From: an uncultured Candidatus Saccharibacteria bacterium
GTDB taxonomy: Bacteria > Patescibacteriota > Saccharimonadia > UBA4664 > CAZOQX01
Direction: 5' to 3'
Assembly (NCBI GenBank): GCA_964582465.1
Contig: CAZOQX010000001.1
Coordinates: 17,256 to 81,255 of the forward strand
Length of the DNA: 64,000 nucleotides
The translations under genes and the position numbers were made by a program. Below the pieces are notes generated by a model. It searched no databases. It was not told the DNA's origin and saw nothing but the letters and a program-made list of their open reading frames with translations. This document shows, piece after piece, positions 20,467 to 28,772 of the stretch. Numbering within the stretch: the stretch's first letter is position 1; each line of letters begins with the position of its first letter.

Positions 20467-22419
20467 TTGAGCATGAAAAAAACGCCAAAAAAATCAACGC
20501 CTGCGCCTCAGCCAGACGCAGAGGTTGAGCCGGTAGTATCCGAATCGGAGGTAAAAAGTGAGCTAGATTCGGCAACGGAAGAGCCGGCTGCACTGTCTGA
20601 GGAGGCCCCGGCCGAGCCAGCCGCCGAAGCCGCGCCGCTCGCGCCCGCAAAAATTTCAGAATCCGCCCCGAAGCTCGGGCGGCCGCATTTTAATTCGTGG
20701 TGGGTGGCTGGAACTGCTCTCGCTGCAGTTATATTGGTGGCCTTGATTTATAACACGGTTTACGCCGGCAAGATTTTCCCCGGCATTCGGGCTGATGGCG
20801 TGTACTTAGGCGGCTTGAGCCAACCCGAGGCGTCAAAAATGCTTGCCAAGCGTACCAGAGACTTTAGTGGCCGGCCGCTTGTTATCCAAAACGCCTCCTC
20901 AATCTGGAAAATTAATTTGCCCGACCTCGGTTTGCAGTACAATACGGACCGGGCCGCCGAGCTCGCCTACCAATATGGCCGCCGCGGCAACGTGCTGCGT
21001 CGAGCCTGGACCCAGCTCCGGACTCTGGCCACTCGTACCACCAATATCGCGGTCTACTCCTATAATTCGGCTAAACTGTCGCCTTATCTCAGCTCGATCA
21101 CAGATGATATTGACCGGCCGGTGACGAATGCTCGGCTGGATTTCTCGAGCGGGGATGTCACCATTCAGCCTTCTGCCACTGGCGTTAGATTGGACCTTGG
21201 CTCTCTGGTTATAAAACTGCAAAACGCCCTGGCTCAAACCGACGCCGGCCTAATTTCGGCACCGGTTTACACCGTTCTGCCAGCTGTCAATGCGGCGAGC
21301 TTAGAGCCGTTGCGCGCTCAAGCCCGCGCCTACACCAGCGCGCCACTTAGCCTACAGGTGGGGCTCCGTACTATCCAGGTTGATCAATCTACCATTATTA
21401 GTTGGCTGGCGGTTACCGATGAAACACCGCCGACACTTGTGACGGGACCACGGCTAAGGGACTTTTTCCCGCGCCAGACCATTCCCGCAAACCTGGCACT
21501 GGACGAGACTAAGCTCGCCGGCTACGTCAGCGACCTGGCGGCGCAGACCGATCAAGAGGCAAGGGACGCGCAGCTCGCGATCCAGGATGGCCACGCTAGC
21601 GTCTTTGTGCCTAGTCGCACTGGTCAAAAACTCGATCAGGCGAAGGCCGTCACAGCGATTAAATCCGCCATCACTAAGTCGGCCGGCGCCCGCTCGCTGG
21701 TGCTCGCCGTCCAGACCATCCAACCGCAAGTGCGGGAAGACAACTTGAATAATCTCGGCATTAACGAGCTTCTTTCGGAAGGAGTAACCTACTTCCCTGG
21801 CTCACCGATCGATCGCATGACGAACATCAGGGTGGGGGCGAGCAAGTTCAACGGTGTACTTTTAAAGCCTGGTGACACCTTCTCGTTTGGCGCTTTGCTC
21901 GGCGACGTCGGTCCAGCTCAAGGCTATGCGCCGGCGTTGGTCATTTTGAATAATCATGAAGAGAAGCAGTACGGCGGCGGCCTTTGTCAGGTCTCGAGCA
22001 CCGCTTATCGAGCGGCTCTACTCGCCGGATTACCCATTACCGAGCGGCACAATCACTCCTTTGCCGTATCTTTTTACACTGCGCCGTTTGGTGTACCCGG
22101 GGTTGATGCCACGATCTACTATCCCCAGGTTGATCTTAAATTCTTAAATGACACCGGCCACTACATCTTGATTCAAACCGTACTATCCGGCACCACGCTT
22201 AAATTCGACTTTTATGGTACCAAGACTAAATCCGGGCAGTTGCGCGGGCCCAACTTTATTTCGCCGACTAATGGCGATGGCTGGAATCCGACTGTGCCCT
22301 CGCACACAATCTTTTACCGGGACGTCTTGGATCTGAGCGGTAACGTCGTAAAAACCGATACCATTAATACCTATTACCAGTCTAGCTTAGACTTTCCAGT
22401 CACCCCCCAATTCAATTAA
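20467..22419 (+). CDS. VanW-family protein with N-terminal Ala/Glu/Pro-rich low-complexity region and TM anchor
   Basis: C-terminal GGGLCQVSSTAYRAALLAGLPITERHNHS is the VanW-domain signature. A single TM lies after the acidic low-complexity N-terminus. Confidence 0.8.
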   Translation: MSMKKTPKKSTPAPQPDAEVEPVVSESEVKSELDSATEEPAALSEEAPAEPAAEAAPLAPAKISESAPKLGRPHFNSWWVAGTALAAVILVALIYNTVYAGKIFPGIRADGVYLGGLSQPEASKMLAKRTRDFSGRPLVIQNASSIWKINLPDLGLQYNTDRAAELAYQYGRRGNVLRRAWTQLRTLATRTTNIAVYSYNSAKLSPYLSSITDDIDRPVTNARLDFSSGDVTIQPSATGVRLDLGSLVIKLQNALAQTDAGLISAPVYTVLPAVNAASLEPLRAQARAYTSAPLSLQVGLRTIQVDQSTIISWLAVTDETPPTLVTGPRLRDFFPRQTIPANLALDETKLAGYVSDLAAQTDQEARDAQLAIQDGHASVFVPSRTGQKLDQAKAVTAIKSAITKSAGARSLVLAVQTIQPQVREDNLNNLGINELLSEGVTYFPGSPIDRMTNIRVGASKFNGVLLKPGDTFSFGALLGDVGPAQGYAPALVILNNHEEKQYGGGLCQVSSTAYRAALLAGLPITERHNHSFAVSFYTAPFGVPGVDATIYYPQVDLKFLNDTGHYILIQTVLSGTTLKFDFYGTKTKSGQLRGPNFISPTNGDGWNPTVPSHTIFYRDVLDLSGNVVKTDTINTYYQSSLDFPVTPQFN

Positions 22420-22498
22420 AACGGGTCGGAGCCCGCGGATGACGGCGATATGCTCGCGCGTGCCACCCGCAGGCTCCGATTGTGCCGCTTGAAAGCGG

Positions 22499-22768
22499 CT
22501 ACTGCGACAGAATGAGGTCGTAGCGGTGCTCGCCGTCGACGCTCTTGATGCCGAACTCCTGGCCACCGACTGCATCCATGCGGATGCCCTCGAGGTCGCC
22601 GTCGGGTTCGCCTGCAGCGTAGGGGATGTAGGGGCGGAGCTTGCCGAGCGTGATCTCGTCGCCGTTCGCGAGCGTGAACGTGACCGACCCGCCCTGCGAC
22701 TTGGCTCGTGCCACTTCATCCATCGGCGGGCCCTCGACCCGCATCATGCCGCAAAACCGTGAGTTCAC
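22499..22768 (-). CDS. Hypothetical 89-aa protein encoded in a GC-rich (~65%) segment
   Basis: GTG start preceded by a strong SD AAGGAGGGAGG with 6-nt spacing. The globular-looking sequence is MNSRFCGMMRVEGPPMDEVARAKSQGGSVTFTLANGDEITLGK... Composition differs from the flanking DNA. Confidence 0.5.
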   Translation of the reverse strand: MNSRFCGMMRVEGPPMDEVARAKSQGGSVTFTLANGDEITLGKLRPYIPYAAGEPDGDLEGIRMDAVGGQEFGIKSVDGEHRYDLILSQ

Positions 22769-22862
22769 AGTACCTCCCTCCTTGGGACGTCAGTCCCAAA
22801 CCCGATATCGTTCCAATAGACTAACATAATTGTAGTTATTTGTAAATAAATGAGCAAAATGC

Positions 22863-22891
22863 TTGACAGTGCGGCTTTTGTTCGGTAATAT
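22863..22891 (+). promoter_or_regulatory. Sigma70-like promoter of lexA (TTGACA-17 nt-TAATAT)
   Basis: ttgacagtgcggcttttgttcggtaatat lies 55 bp upstream of the lexA ATG. An A/T palindrome TTATTTGTAAATAA sits just upstream. A TCAC-N9-GTGA dyad lies between the -10 and the start. Confidence 0.55.
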
Positions 22892-22946
22892 GGAGAGGAC
22901 TTCACGAAGTCACCACTAAAAAGTGAGCTAATCCTAAGGAGGGATA

Positions 22947-23564
22947 ATGCCCGAACCGTTAACTAAGAAGCAAAAAGAGATACTCGATTTTATTACTCAG
23001 TCCATTGAGGTGAACGGGTATGCTCCGAGCTATCGCGAAATTGCCAAGGCATTCAGTCTTGGGTCGGTCGCGACCGTGGCCGAACACGTGGAAACGCTGG
23101 TGGCCAAGGGCTTTCTTAAAAAGAACGCTAATTCCGCTCGTTCATTGCAGCTAATTGAGGAAGATTTTGAGCCCGAGAACGCCATTGCTCTGCCCATTTT
23201 GGGTATGGTGGCAGCCGGCCATCCTATCGAGACCATCGAAGGCCATACTGATACTCTCGAAGTGCCGCCCTTCATGGTAGGCCGGAAGCACTCCTACGTC
23301 CTCGAGGTCAAAGGCGAAAGTATGATCGAGGAAGGTATCATGAGCGGCGATTACCTCGTGGTTCAAGAAAAAGAGGTACCTTCGCAAGGTGATATGGTCA
23401 TTGCTCTGGTAAATGGCAGCGAGGCCACCGTCAAGCGCTACTACCGGGAGAAGAACCATATTCGCCTGCAACCATCCAACTCGGCCATGGAGCCGATCAT
23501 CATCGATCCCAAGACGCCCATTCAGGTTCAAGGTGTGGTAATTGGGGTGATCAGGAAGTACTAA
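22947..23564 (+). CDS. lexA: LexA repressor (S24 peptidase)
   Basis: N-terminal wHTH (KKQKEILDFITQSIEVNGYAPSYREIAKAF) and a C-terminal S24 autopeptidase with the Ser (GESMIEEGI) / Lys (VKRY) dyad. Confidence 0.9.
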   Translation: MPEPLTKKQKEILDFITQSIEVNGYAPSYREIAKAFSLGSVATVAEHVETLVAKGFLKKNANSARSLQLIEEDFEPENAIALPILGMVAAGHPIETIEGHTDTLEVPPFMVGRKHSYVLEVKGESMIEEGIMSGDYLVVQEKEVPSQGDMVIALVNGSEATVKRYYREKNHIRLQPSNSAMEPIIIDPKTPIQVQGVVIGVIRKY

Positions 23565-23690
23565 GCCCAGATAGAAATAAACACGGAAGGGGGGAAGAGG
23601 TGAGTAAACGCAAATTCCGCAAGGTCTACCGCAGAGTTGTTCCGGTCAGACTATACGATCTGCTCTATGAAGTTAGCCGCTAAAGGTTAA

Positions 23691-23719
23691 TTGACCACTG
23701 AGCTGCCGACGGATATAAT
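23691..23719 (+). promoter_or_regulatory. Sigma70-like promoter upstream of tRNA-Asn (TTGACC-17 nt-TATAAT)
   Basis: ttgaccactgagctgccgacggatataat, about 38 nt upstream of the tRNA 5' end. Confidence 0.55.
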
Positions 23720-23757
23720 CAGCAATTGACGTTCCAGGGGAAAACGGACGCCAATAA

Positions 23758-23832
23758 TCCGGGGTAGCTCAGCGGTAGAGCAGTTGGCTGTTAACCAATT
23801 GGTCGGAGGTTCGAATCCTCTCCCCGGAGCCA
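23758..23832 (+). tRNA. tRNA-Asn (anticodon GTT), CCA encoded
   Basis: Manual cloverleaf. Acceptor tccgggg/ccccgga. D-stem gctc/gagc. Anticodon stem gttgg/ccaat with loop cuGUUaa. T-arm ggagg-ttcgaat-cctct. 3' gCCA. Confidence 0.9.
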
Positions 23833-23842
23833 TATGGAACGG

Positions 23843-23868
23843 GAAGCCTCAACTAGGGCTTCTTTTTC
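23843..23868 (+). terminator. Rho-independent terminator after the tRNA (GAAGCC-8 nt loop-GGCTTC-TTTTT)
   Basis: Hairpin gaagcctcaactagggcttc followed by ttttt. Confidence 0.6.
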
Positions 23869-24002
23869 CTTTGTGGAGCCATTTTCTGCCATCTCGTCAC
23901 GTAAAGTTCTCTAACAGGGGGTGGGTGCATCTAGCGCCCGCCCCCTGTGCCACTACAGGGTCTTGTGGCGGTAAGCATTTCCTTGTATAGTTCTCGATTA
24001 AC

Positions 24003-24791
24003 ATGAAGTTATACAGTCCCAAAAATCATCGATGGTACGATCAGATGATCGAACGAGGGTACTCAGAAAAAAACGAAAAATACAGTGTTATCTACCCTAA
24101 CGGCAATCAATCTCAGATATTTATTCATACTCTTATTGCTACCGGTGGTAAGCGAAAGAGCATACTTGATATAGGCTGCGGTTACGGAAAGTATACCCAA
24201 ATGCTGGCGAGTAAGTATGGGGAGGTAGTAGGACTTGATTTGTCCGGAAACTCAATTGATTATGCACTGAAGCACTATTCTGCCGACAACATTAAATATA
24301 TTGTAGCTGATTCGAGCAAACTGCCATTTGCGGATTCAGCTTTTGATGTTGTTTTTAGTCGGCTTAGCCCTCATAACCTTGAAGAAATGAAACGCGTACT
24401 TAAGCCGGGCGGATTGGCGTTGTGCATGCGTGTAGGCGAAACCGACGCGCTAGAATTAAGGGGTGCTTTTGGCCAAAGACAGATGGTGACAAAAATGCAG
24501 GGCTACGTTAGGCGGGGAGAACGGCACAGTCAACATATTGTCGATGAATGGAAGAAAAATGGGTTTACCAAACTGCAGTGCAAAGAATATGAGTACGAGA
24601 TGATTTTTCGATCAACAGATGACTTAGCTAAGTATTTATCCCGTATCCCGATCGTGCCTGAGTTCAACGAGCATAATCCAGCCCACATGAAGAAGCTATC
24701 GGGTTACGTCGAGCGAACGGCAGCGACAAACCAAGGTCGGGTTATATTGCCACGGCACCGCTATATTATCGAGGGGTACAAACCGGCGTGA
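24003..24791 (+). CDS. Class I SAM-dependent methyltransferase (Methyltransf_11/25-like)
   Basis: Motif I ILDIGCGYGKYT and motif post-I VVGLDLS. Small-molecule MTase architecture. ATGA overlap with the next gene. Confidence 0.8.
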   Translation: MKLYSPKNHRWYDQMIERGYSEKNEKYSVIYPNGNQSQIFIHTLIATGGKRKSILDIGCGYGKYTQMLASKYGEVVGLDLSGNSIDYALKHYSADNIKYIVADSSKLPFADSAFDVVFSRLSPHNLEEMKRVLKPGGLALCMRVGETDALELRGAFGQRQMVTKMQGYVRRGERHSQHIVDEWKKNGFTKLQCKEYEYEMIFRSTDDLAKYLSRIPIVPEFNEHNPAHMKKLSGYVERTAATNQGRVILPRHRYIIEGYKPA

Positions 24792-25951
24792 TGGAGCTAT
24801 CTTTTAAGAACTTCAAACCCAAGCTCACTCCGGCACTAGAGAGAGCATTGCGCGACAGTTATCAACTCTCTATAGAAGACGTTGGCTTTACGGACGTGCT
24901 TTTTCAAGAACCTATCGCTTCAACAAAACATCCGCATTCGCGGTGGAACGAAGCTATCGATATTTCCGGATATGTAACAAAGAGCGTCAAATTACGATTG
25001 CCAGTCGCTAGCTCTAGTATGCCAGGTGTAACAAACTACGAAATAGCCACAAAGATTGGCGAGGCAGGTGGTTTAGCTACCTTGTCACGCGAAGACAGCA
25101 TAGAAGAATTAGAAGAGCTTATAAAAAGGCTCTGGGCATACAAGTTTCAGAATCAACCATCCAGTCCGTGGTTTGCCGGAGCAGTAGGAGTTTACCCCCG
25201 TACAGGACCAGCCGCAATCGAAAGAGTAGACAGGATGGTAAAACTTGGCGTAGAAGTGCTTTTCATTGAAACTCAGCAAGCAAATTCCGCCCTTGTCTTA
25301 GACTTCTGCAGAACTGTTAAGAATAAATACTCTAAATTGGAAGTGGTAGTTGGAGTATTCAACAGCGTGGATGGTGTAAAGAGAGCTATCGAGTCCGGCG
25401 CCGACGGTGTCAAAGTCGGCATAGGGACAGGGGATGCATGCCTAACAACAACCATGTCTGGAGTTACAAAAGGACAAGTAAACACCGTCTTTGAGCTAGC
25501 AGATTACATGAGTGGACCCCAAGCTGTGCCTGTAGTAGTAGATGGAGGCACTTCGAGCCCTGGCGGAGCCGCTATAATGATGGCCGCACTGAAAGGCCAT
25601 GGCTGTATTATGCTCGGCTCAAAGATTGCCGCTACGCTGGAGTCGCCAGCAGCCAAGATCCACAATAGTAATAACGGAATCACTTCGACCGAAGCAGTCA
25701 TAGAGGGCATGGGTTCCGAGCCTATAGCCGCAAGGCGTAATGAGCCGAAGAACCAGCGGATCCTGGAGGGCACGGTTGTTACTAGAGCGGTTGTAGAAAC
25801 GATTGGTGATTTACTACTACGCTACGAGGGGGGCTTTCGAACTGCTATGTATGGCTATCATGGTGCTTTGAGCTGGCAACAGTTGGCAGATAGAGCTGCT
25901 TTGAGTCTTAATAGTCCTGCCAATGTTATAGCTCGCTATCATGATCGCTAG
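24788..25951 (+). CDS. IMP dehydrogenase / GMP reductase-family TIM-barrel enzyme lacking the CBS subdomain
   Basis: N-terminal FTDVLFQEPIASTK...MPGVTNYEIATKIGEAGGLATL parallels IMPDH FDDVLLVP...MDTVTE...GG. The catalytic-loop-like GIGTGDACLTTT keeps the Cys. VPVVVDGGTSSPGGAAIMMAALKGHGCIMLG parallels VPVIADGGI..GDI.KALAAGA..VMLG. Confidence 0.65.
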   Translation: MMELSFKNFKPKLTPALERALRDSYQLSIEDVGFTDVLFQEPIASTKHPHSRWNEAIDISGYVTKSVKLRLPVASSSMPGVTNYEIATKIGEAGGLATLSREDSIEELEELIKRLWAYKFQNQPSSPWFAGAVGVYPRTGPAAIERVDRMVKLGVEVLFIETQQANSALVLDFCRTVKNKYSKLEVVVGVFNSVDGVKRAIESGADGVKVGIGTGDACLTTTMSGVTKGQVNTVFELADYMSGPQAVPVVVDGGTSSPGGAAIMMAALKGHGCIMLGSKIAATLESPAAKIHNSNNGITSTEAVIEGMGSEPIAARRNEPKNQRILEGTVVTRAVVETIGDLLLRYEGGFRTAMYGYHGALSWQQLADRAALSLNSPANVIARYHDR

Positions 25952-25952
25952 C

Positions 25953-26600
25953 CTATTTCTCTAAAAAATAGGCGGTGGCCTGCTTTACATGGTCAGTAAA
26001 CGGCCCCGCCGATAAATCAAAAAAAGGATATCCCTTGGATTCAGCACTTTTTGCCAGTTTTCGATTCGCCAAAACAAGTGCGTTTGCCCAAGACCTTATA
26101 TTCTCCAGAGCATTTGGGTCAAGCCGATGCCACCAATTTATCCAATCAGAGGGGGTTTTCCGGGCATGGCTCAGTATGTTCTCCACATGATTAGAATCAG
26201 TAAAGCCAACAAAAGCTGCTTTGATTTTGAACTCTTTAGACTGAATCTTACTGACCCACTCAGGGGTAATCAATTGACCTTCAATAGCCAGGTTGGACTC
26301 ATATCTTTCGTAATAACTAATAACCCCTAATATTGCTTCACGAAGTAGGTCGTGAATCTCCCCCTTTTTTGAGAAGTGCACTTTTTCAATAGGCATTCCT
26401 CGAAGATTGGTCTCAACTGACCCCTTGAAAGACGCTTTGCCAACAAGCCGGCGGAATTTATTTCCGACCAGAACGTACCTAAAGCTGTCCTCCATAGCAT
26501 CGGACGCCAGGAAGGGCATCGGTGCTTGGCTGACAACCCTTTTCATAATCGTTGATTTGCCGCTTCGAGGCGAGCCCCCCAGTAGGTAAAGCGTACGCAT
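25953..26600 (-). CDS. P-loop NTPase, kinase-like (AAA_33/zeta-toxin/CPT-like fold suspected)
   Basis: Walker A LLGGSPRSGKST at the N-terminus and a downstream acidic FLASDAM. Size 215 aa. The convergent stop is 1 nt from the IMPDH-like gene stop. Confidence 0.6.
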   Translation of the reverse strand: MRTLYLLGGSPRSGKSTIMKRVVSQAPMPFLASDAMEDSFRYVLVGNKFRRLVGKASFKGSVETNLRGMPIEKVHFSKKGEIHDLLREAILGVISYYERYESNLAIEGQLITPEWVSKIQSKEFKIKAAFVGFTDSNHVENILSHARKTPSDWINWWHRLDPNALENIRSWANALVLANRKLAKSAESKGYPFFDLSAGPFTDHVKQATAYFLEK

Positions 26601-26642
26601 AGATAAAGTTTAGCAGTGCACTTGGATATGCCATAATCATCA

Positions 26643-27482
26643 ATGATGCGAAACCTCTACAACTATGTTGTCCACGGAACACCCTCGGCGAAGGATGCGG
26701 AAGACATACTGCAAAACGGATTTAAAACCGAAGCAGGACGAGCTACTGTATCAGCTGATCTTCTATTCGCCGTCGAGGCGGCTTCTTTGCCAGAGATGAG
26801 GGAATGGAGCCGTCGAAACGCAGTGATTGAAGAAGGAGAGGTGGGTCGCGTCCTAGTTATAAAAGTTCCCAAGGAACTGGGGCTCGATTACGCAGCTGGA
26901 CCAGCCCTGGACATTGATCATAAGCTGAAAGTAATTTCGGGAGACTACCCGCGGTATCGCTACGGCGAAAGACAGTTAGCTTTTTATGGCGCTCCGAAAA
27001 ATGAAAACATTTTGGTCCGGGCGGAAAATATCCTAATCAGCCTTGAGCCTTCCTCGAAGCTTCATGATGAGCTCACTAGCCTCTGGCAGCATACTAGAAA
27101 TCTCGACCCTTTAGACTTAGAATCACTTCTCAGCAAAATAGAAACAGAGGTGATGAGCAATAGCAATAATTTTGTAGCTCAGGGTGTTGACCTCAAGTCG
27201 GTTTTTCGAGAGCTGCTCAACACTACCGTTGAGACAACCTTGAAGAATTATTTCCGGGCACTTTCTATGGATACAAAAATTGCTTTAGGTTACACGGCTG
27301 TGAGTAATGACCCCAATGTCCAGGTTAGGCCTAAGACGGTCAGTACTCTAAAGGGGCAACTAGAAGACATAAAACGAAAAAGCGAGGCCAAGGGCTTTAG
27401 GATTGTGAGCGTCGAACTGTCTGCGTACATCAAAGTAAACACCACCGAGTTGCTGGAGGAGATTCAAGACGCTACAACTTAG
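26643..27482 (+). CDS. Hypothetical 279-aa protein
   Basis: Long ORF with no recognisable motif. Its 3' end overlaps the convergent P-loop gene by 11 nt. Confidence 0.5.
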   Translation: MMRNLYNYVVHGTPSAKDAEDILQNGFKTEAGRATVSADLLFAVEAASLPEMREWSRRNAVIEEGEVGRVLVIKVPKELGLDYAAGPALDIDHKLKVISGDYPRYRYGERQLAFYGAPKNENILVRAENILISLEPSSKLHDELTSLWQHTRNLDPLDLESLLSKIETEVMSNSNNFVAQGVDLKSVFRELLNTTVETTLKNYFRALSMDTKIALGYTAVSNDPNVQVRPKTVSTLKGQLEDIKRKSEAKGFRIVSVELSAYIKVNTTELLEEIQDATT

Positions 27483-28014
27483 CTAGAAAATCGGTAGCTT
27501 CCTCCACGGTGCCAAATTTAGGAACGCCCTGTTCTCGCCACCTCATAATCCATTCGCGGTGCTTCTTGATCTCGGTTTCATCTGCTCGAATAGCATTTGG
27601 AGTTGATTCCCTCTCTCTAATCCAATTCCTGTGCGTTTCCCAGTCTGGCACGACAATTGCATCTGGTTTCAGCCACGCATTTGAGGCCCCGATTACCCAA
27701 AACCCCATTCTTTTAGCTTCCTCAGTGATAACATCGCACCTTTGTTGGATCTTCTTGATAACAGTCATGTCTTCGAGCCACCACGCTCCACCGGGATGAG
27801 CATTCGTTATTTGCCATAGTAGATCGCCATCAAGCCAGTGCCGTTCGCGCTGGGCTCTGACAAATCGAGTTTTACCACTCCCAGAAGGGGCTAGAACAAA
27901 GAGGCCTTTATTGTGGCGTACAAATTTCTGACCCAGACTTTTATATATATCCGCACCGTCTGCAAATGTAAGCGGGATGTTTAGATCGAGAAGCTTGTGT
28001 TTATCTGATGGCAT
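27472..28014 (-). CDS. P-loop NTPase, small kinase-like protein
   Basis: Walker A FVLAPSGSGKTRFV. 180 aa. Divergent from and abutting the histidine phosphatase gene. Confidence 0.55.
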   Translation of the reverse strand: MPSDKHKLLDLNIPLTFADGADIYKSLGQKFVRHNKGLFVLAPSGSGKTRFVRAQRERHWLDGDLLWQITNAHPGGAWWLEDMTVIKKIQQRCDVITEEAKRMGFWVIGASNAWLKPDAIVVPDWETHRNWIRERESTPNAIRADETEIKKHREWIMRWREQGVPKFGTVEEATDFLAKL

Positions 28015-28719
28015 ATGGGCATTTTAGCATCAATGATAGTCTCGTTTTGCTATTATGAAATAATGCCAGAAGCTAAGGTAGTTTATTTGGTGCGTCACGG
28101 CCAGAGCGTGGATAATGCGGCTCGTGTGTTTCAGTCGCCAGATTCCCCCCTTAGTGGGATCGGTCAGGAGCAGGCGAAGAAACTAGCCCAAAGGCTTTCT
28201 GGGCTTACCTTTGACGCTCTTATTAGTAGCCCCTTCGAGCGAGCCAAGGGAACAACAGCTTTTATTACTGATCGTATCGGGCTAGTCACTGAGTACTCTG
28301 AACTTTTCGTTGAGCGGCTTAAGCCTAGGGGAATCTCTGGCAGGCCTTATGCTGACAAAGAGATCCATGGATTATGGCGAAGTTGGGAAGAGAGTCTTTA
28401 TACACCAGGCACGAGAGTCGAAGATGGTGAGAATTATGATGATCTGCTCGAAAGGGCCGATAAGGCTTTGGCGTATCTCAAAAACAGGCCTGAAGAATCA
28501 ATGCTGGTTGTCACGCATGGTGATTTTCTGAGAACAGTGTTGGCTAGAGTACTGCTAGGTGAACTTTTTTCAGGAGAAGCGCTTAGAAACATTCAGAAAG
28601 TTGCACTTATTGATAACTCCGGTATTACGGCGTTACGTTTTCAGAAAGCATATGATGAAGTTGCAAGGTGGAGACTTTGGATTTATAACGACCATTCACA
28701 TTTAGCTGACCCAACTTGA
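28015..28719 (+). CDS. Histidine phosphatase superfamily protein
   Basis: VVYLVRHGQSVDNAARVF (RHG motif) and VVTHGDFLRTVLA (second catalytic His). The start may instead be the internal MPEAK Met at 28063. Confidence 0.75.
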   Translation: MGILASMIVSFCYYEIMPEAKVVYLVRHGQSVDNAARVFQSPDSPLSGIGQEQAKKLAQRLSGLTFDALISSPFERAKGTTAFITDRIGLVTEYSELFVERLKPRGISGRPYADKEIHGLWRSWEESLYTPGTRVEDGENYDDLLERADKALAYLKNRPEESMLVVTHGDFLRTVLARVLLGELFSGEALRNIQKVALIDNSGITALRFQKAYDEVARWRLWIYNDHSHLADPT

Positions 28720-28743
28720 AAATCGTACCTCAAGCCGAGCCAT
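28715..28743. repeat. 29-bp perfect direct repeat, copy 1 (cttgaaaatcgtacctcaagccgagccat)
   Basis: Identical to 30520..30548. It overlaps the stop codon of the histidine phosphatase gene. An adjacent small hairpin GGCTTA-tt-TAAGCC sits at about 28753..28766. Confidence 0.8.
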
Positions 28744-28772
28744 GTATAATTCTTGGCTTATTTAAGCCATTC

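Noticed and set aside
22387-22762. Alternative ORFs (110 aa minus, 78 aa plus) within the GC-rich insert between vanW and lexA
   Set aside because: They lack an RBS and have Arg/Ser/Ala-rich wrong-frame composition. The 89-aa frame with the AAGGAGGGAGG SD was kept instead.
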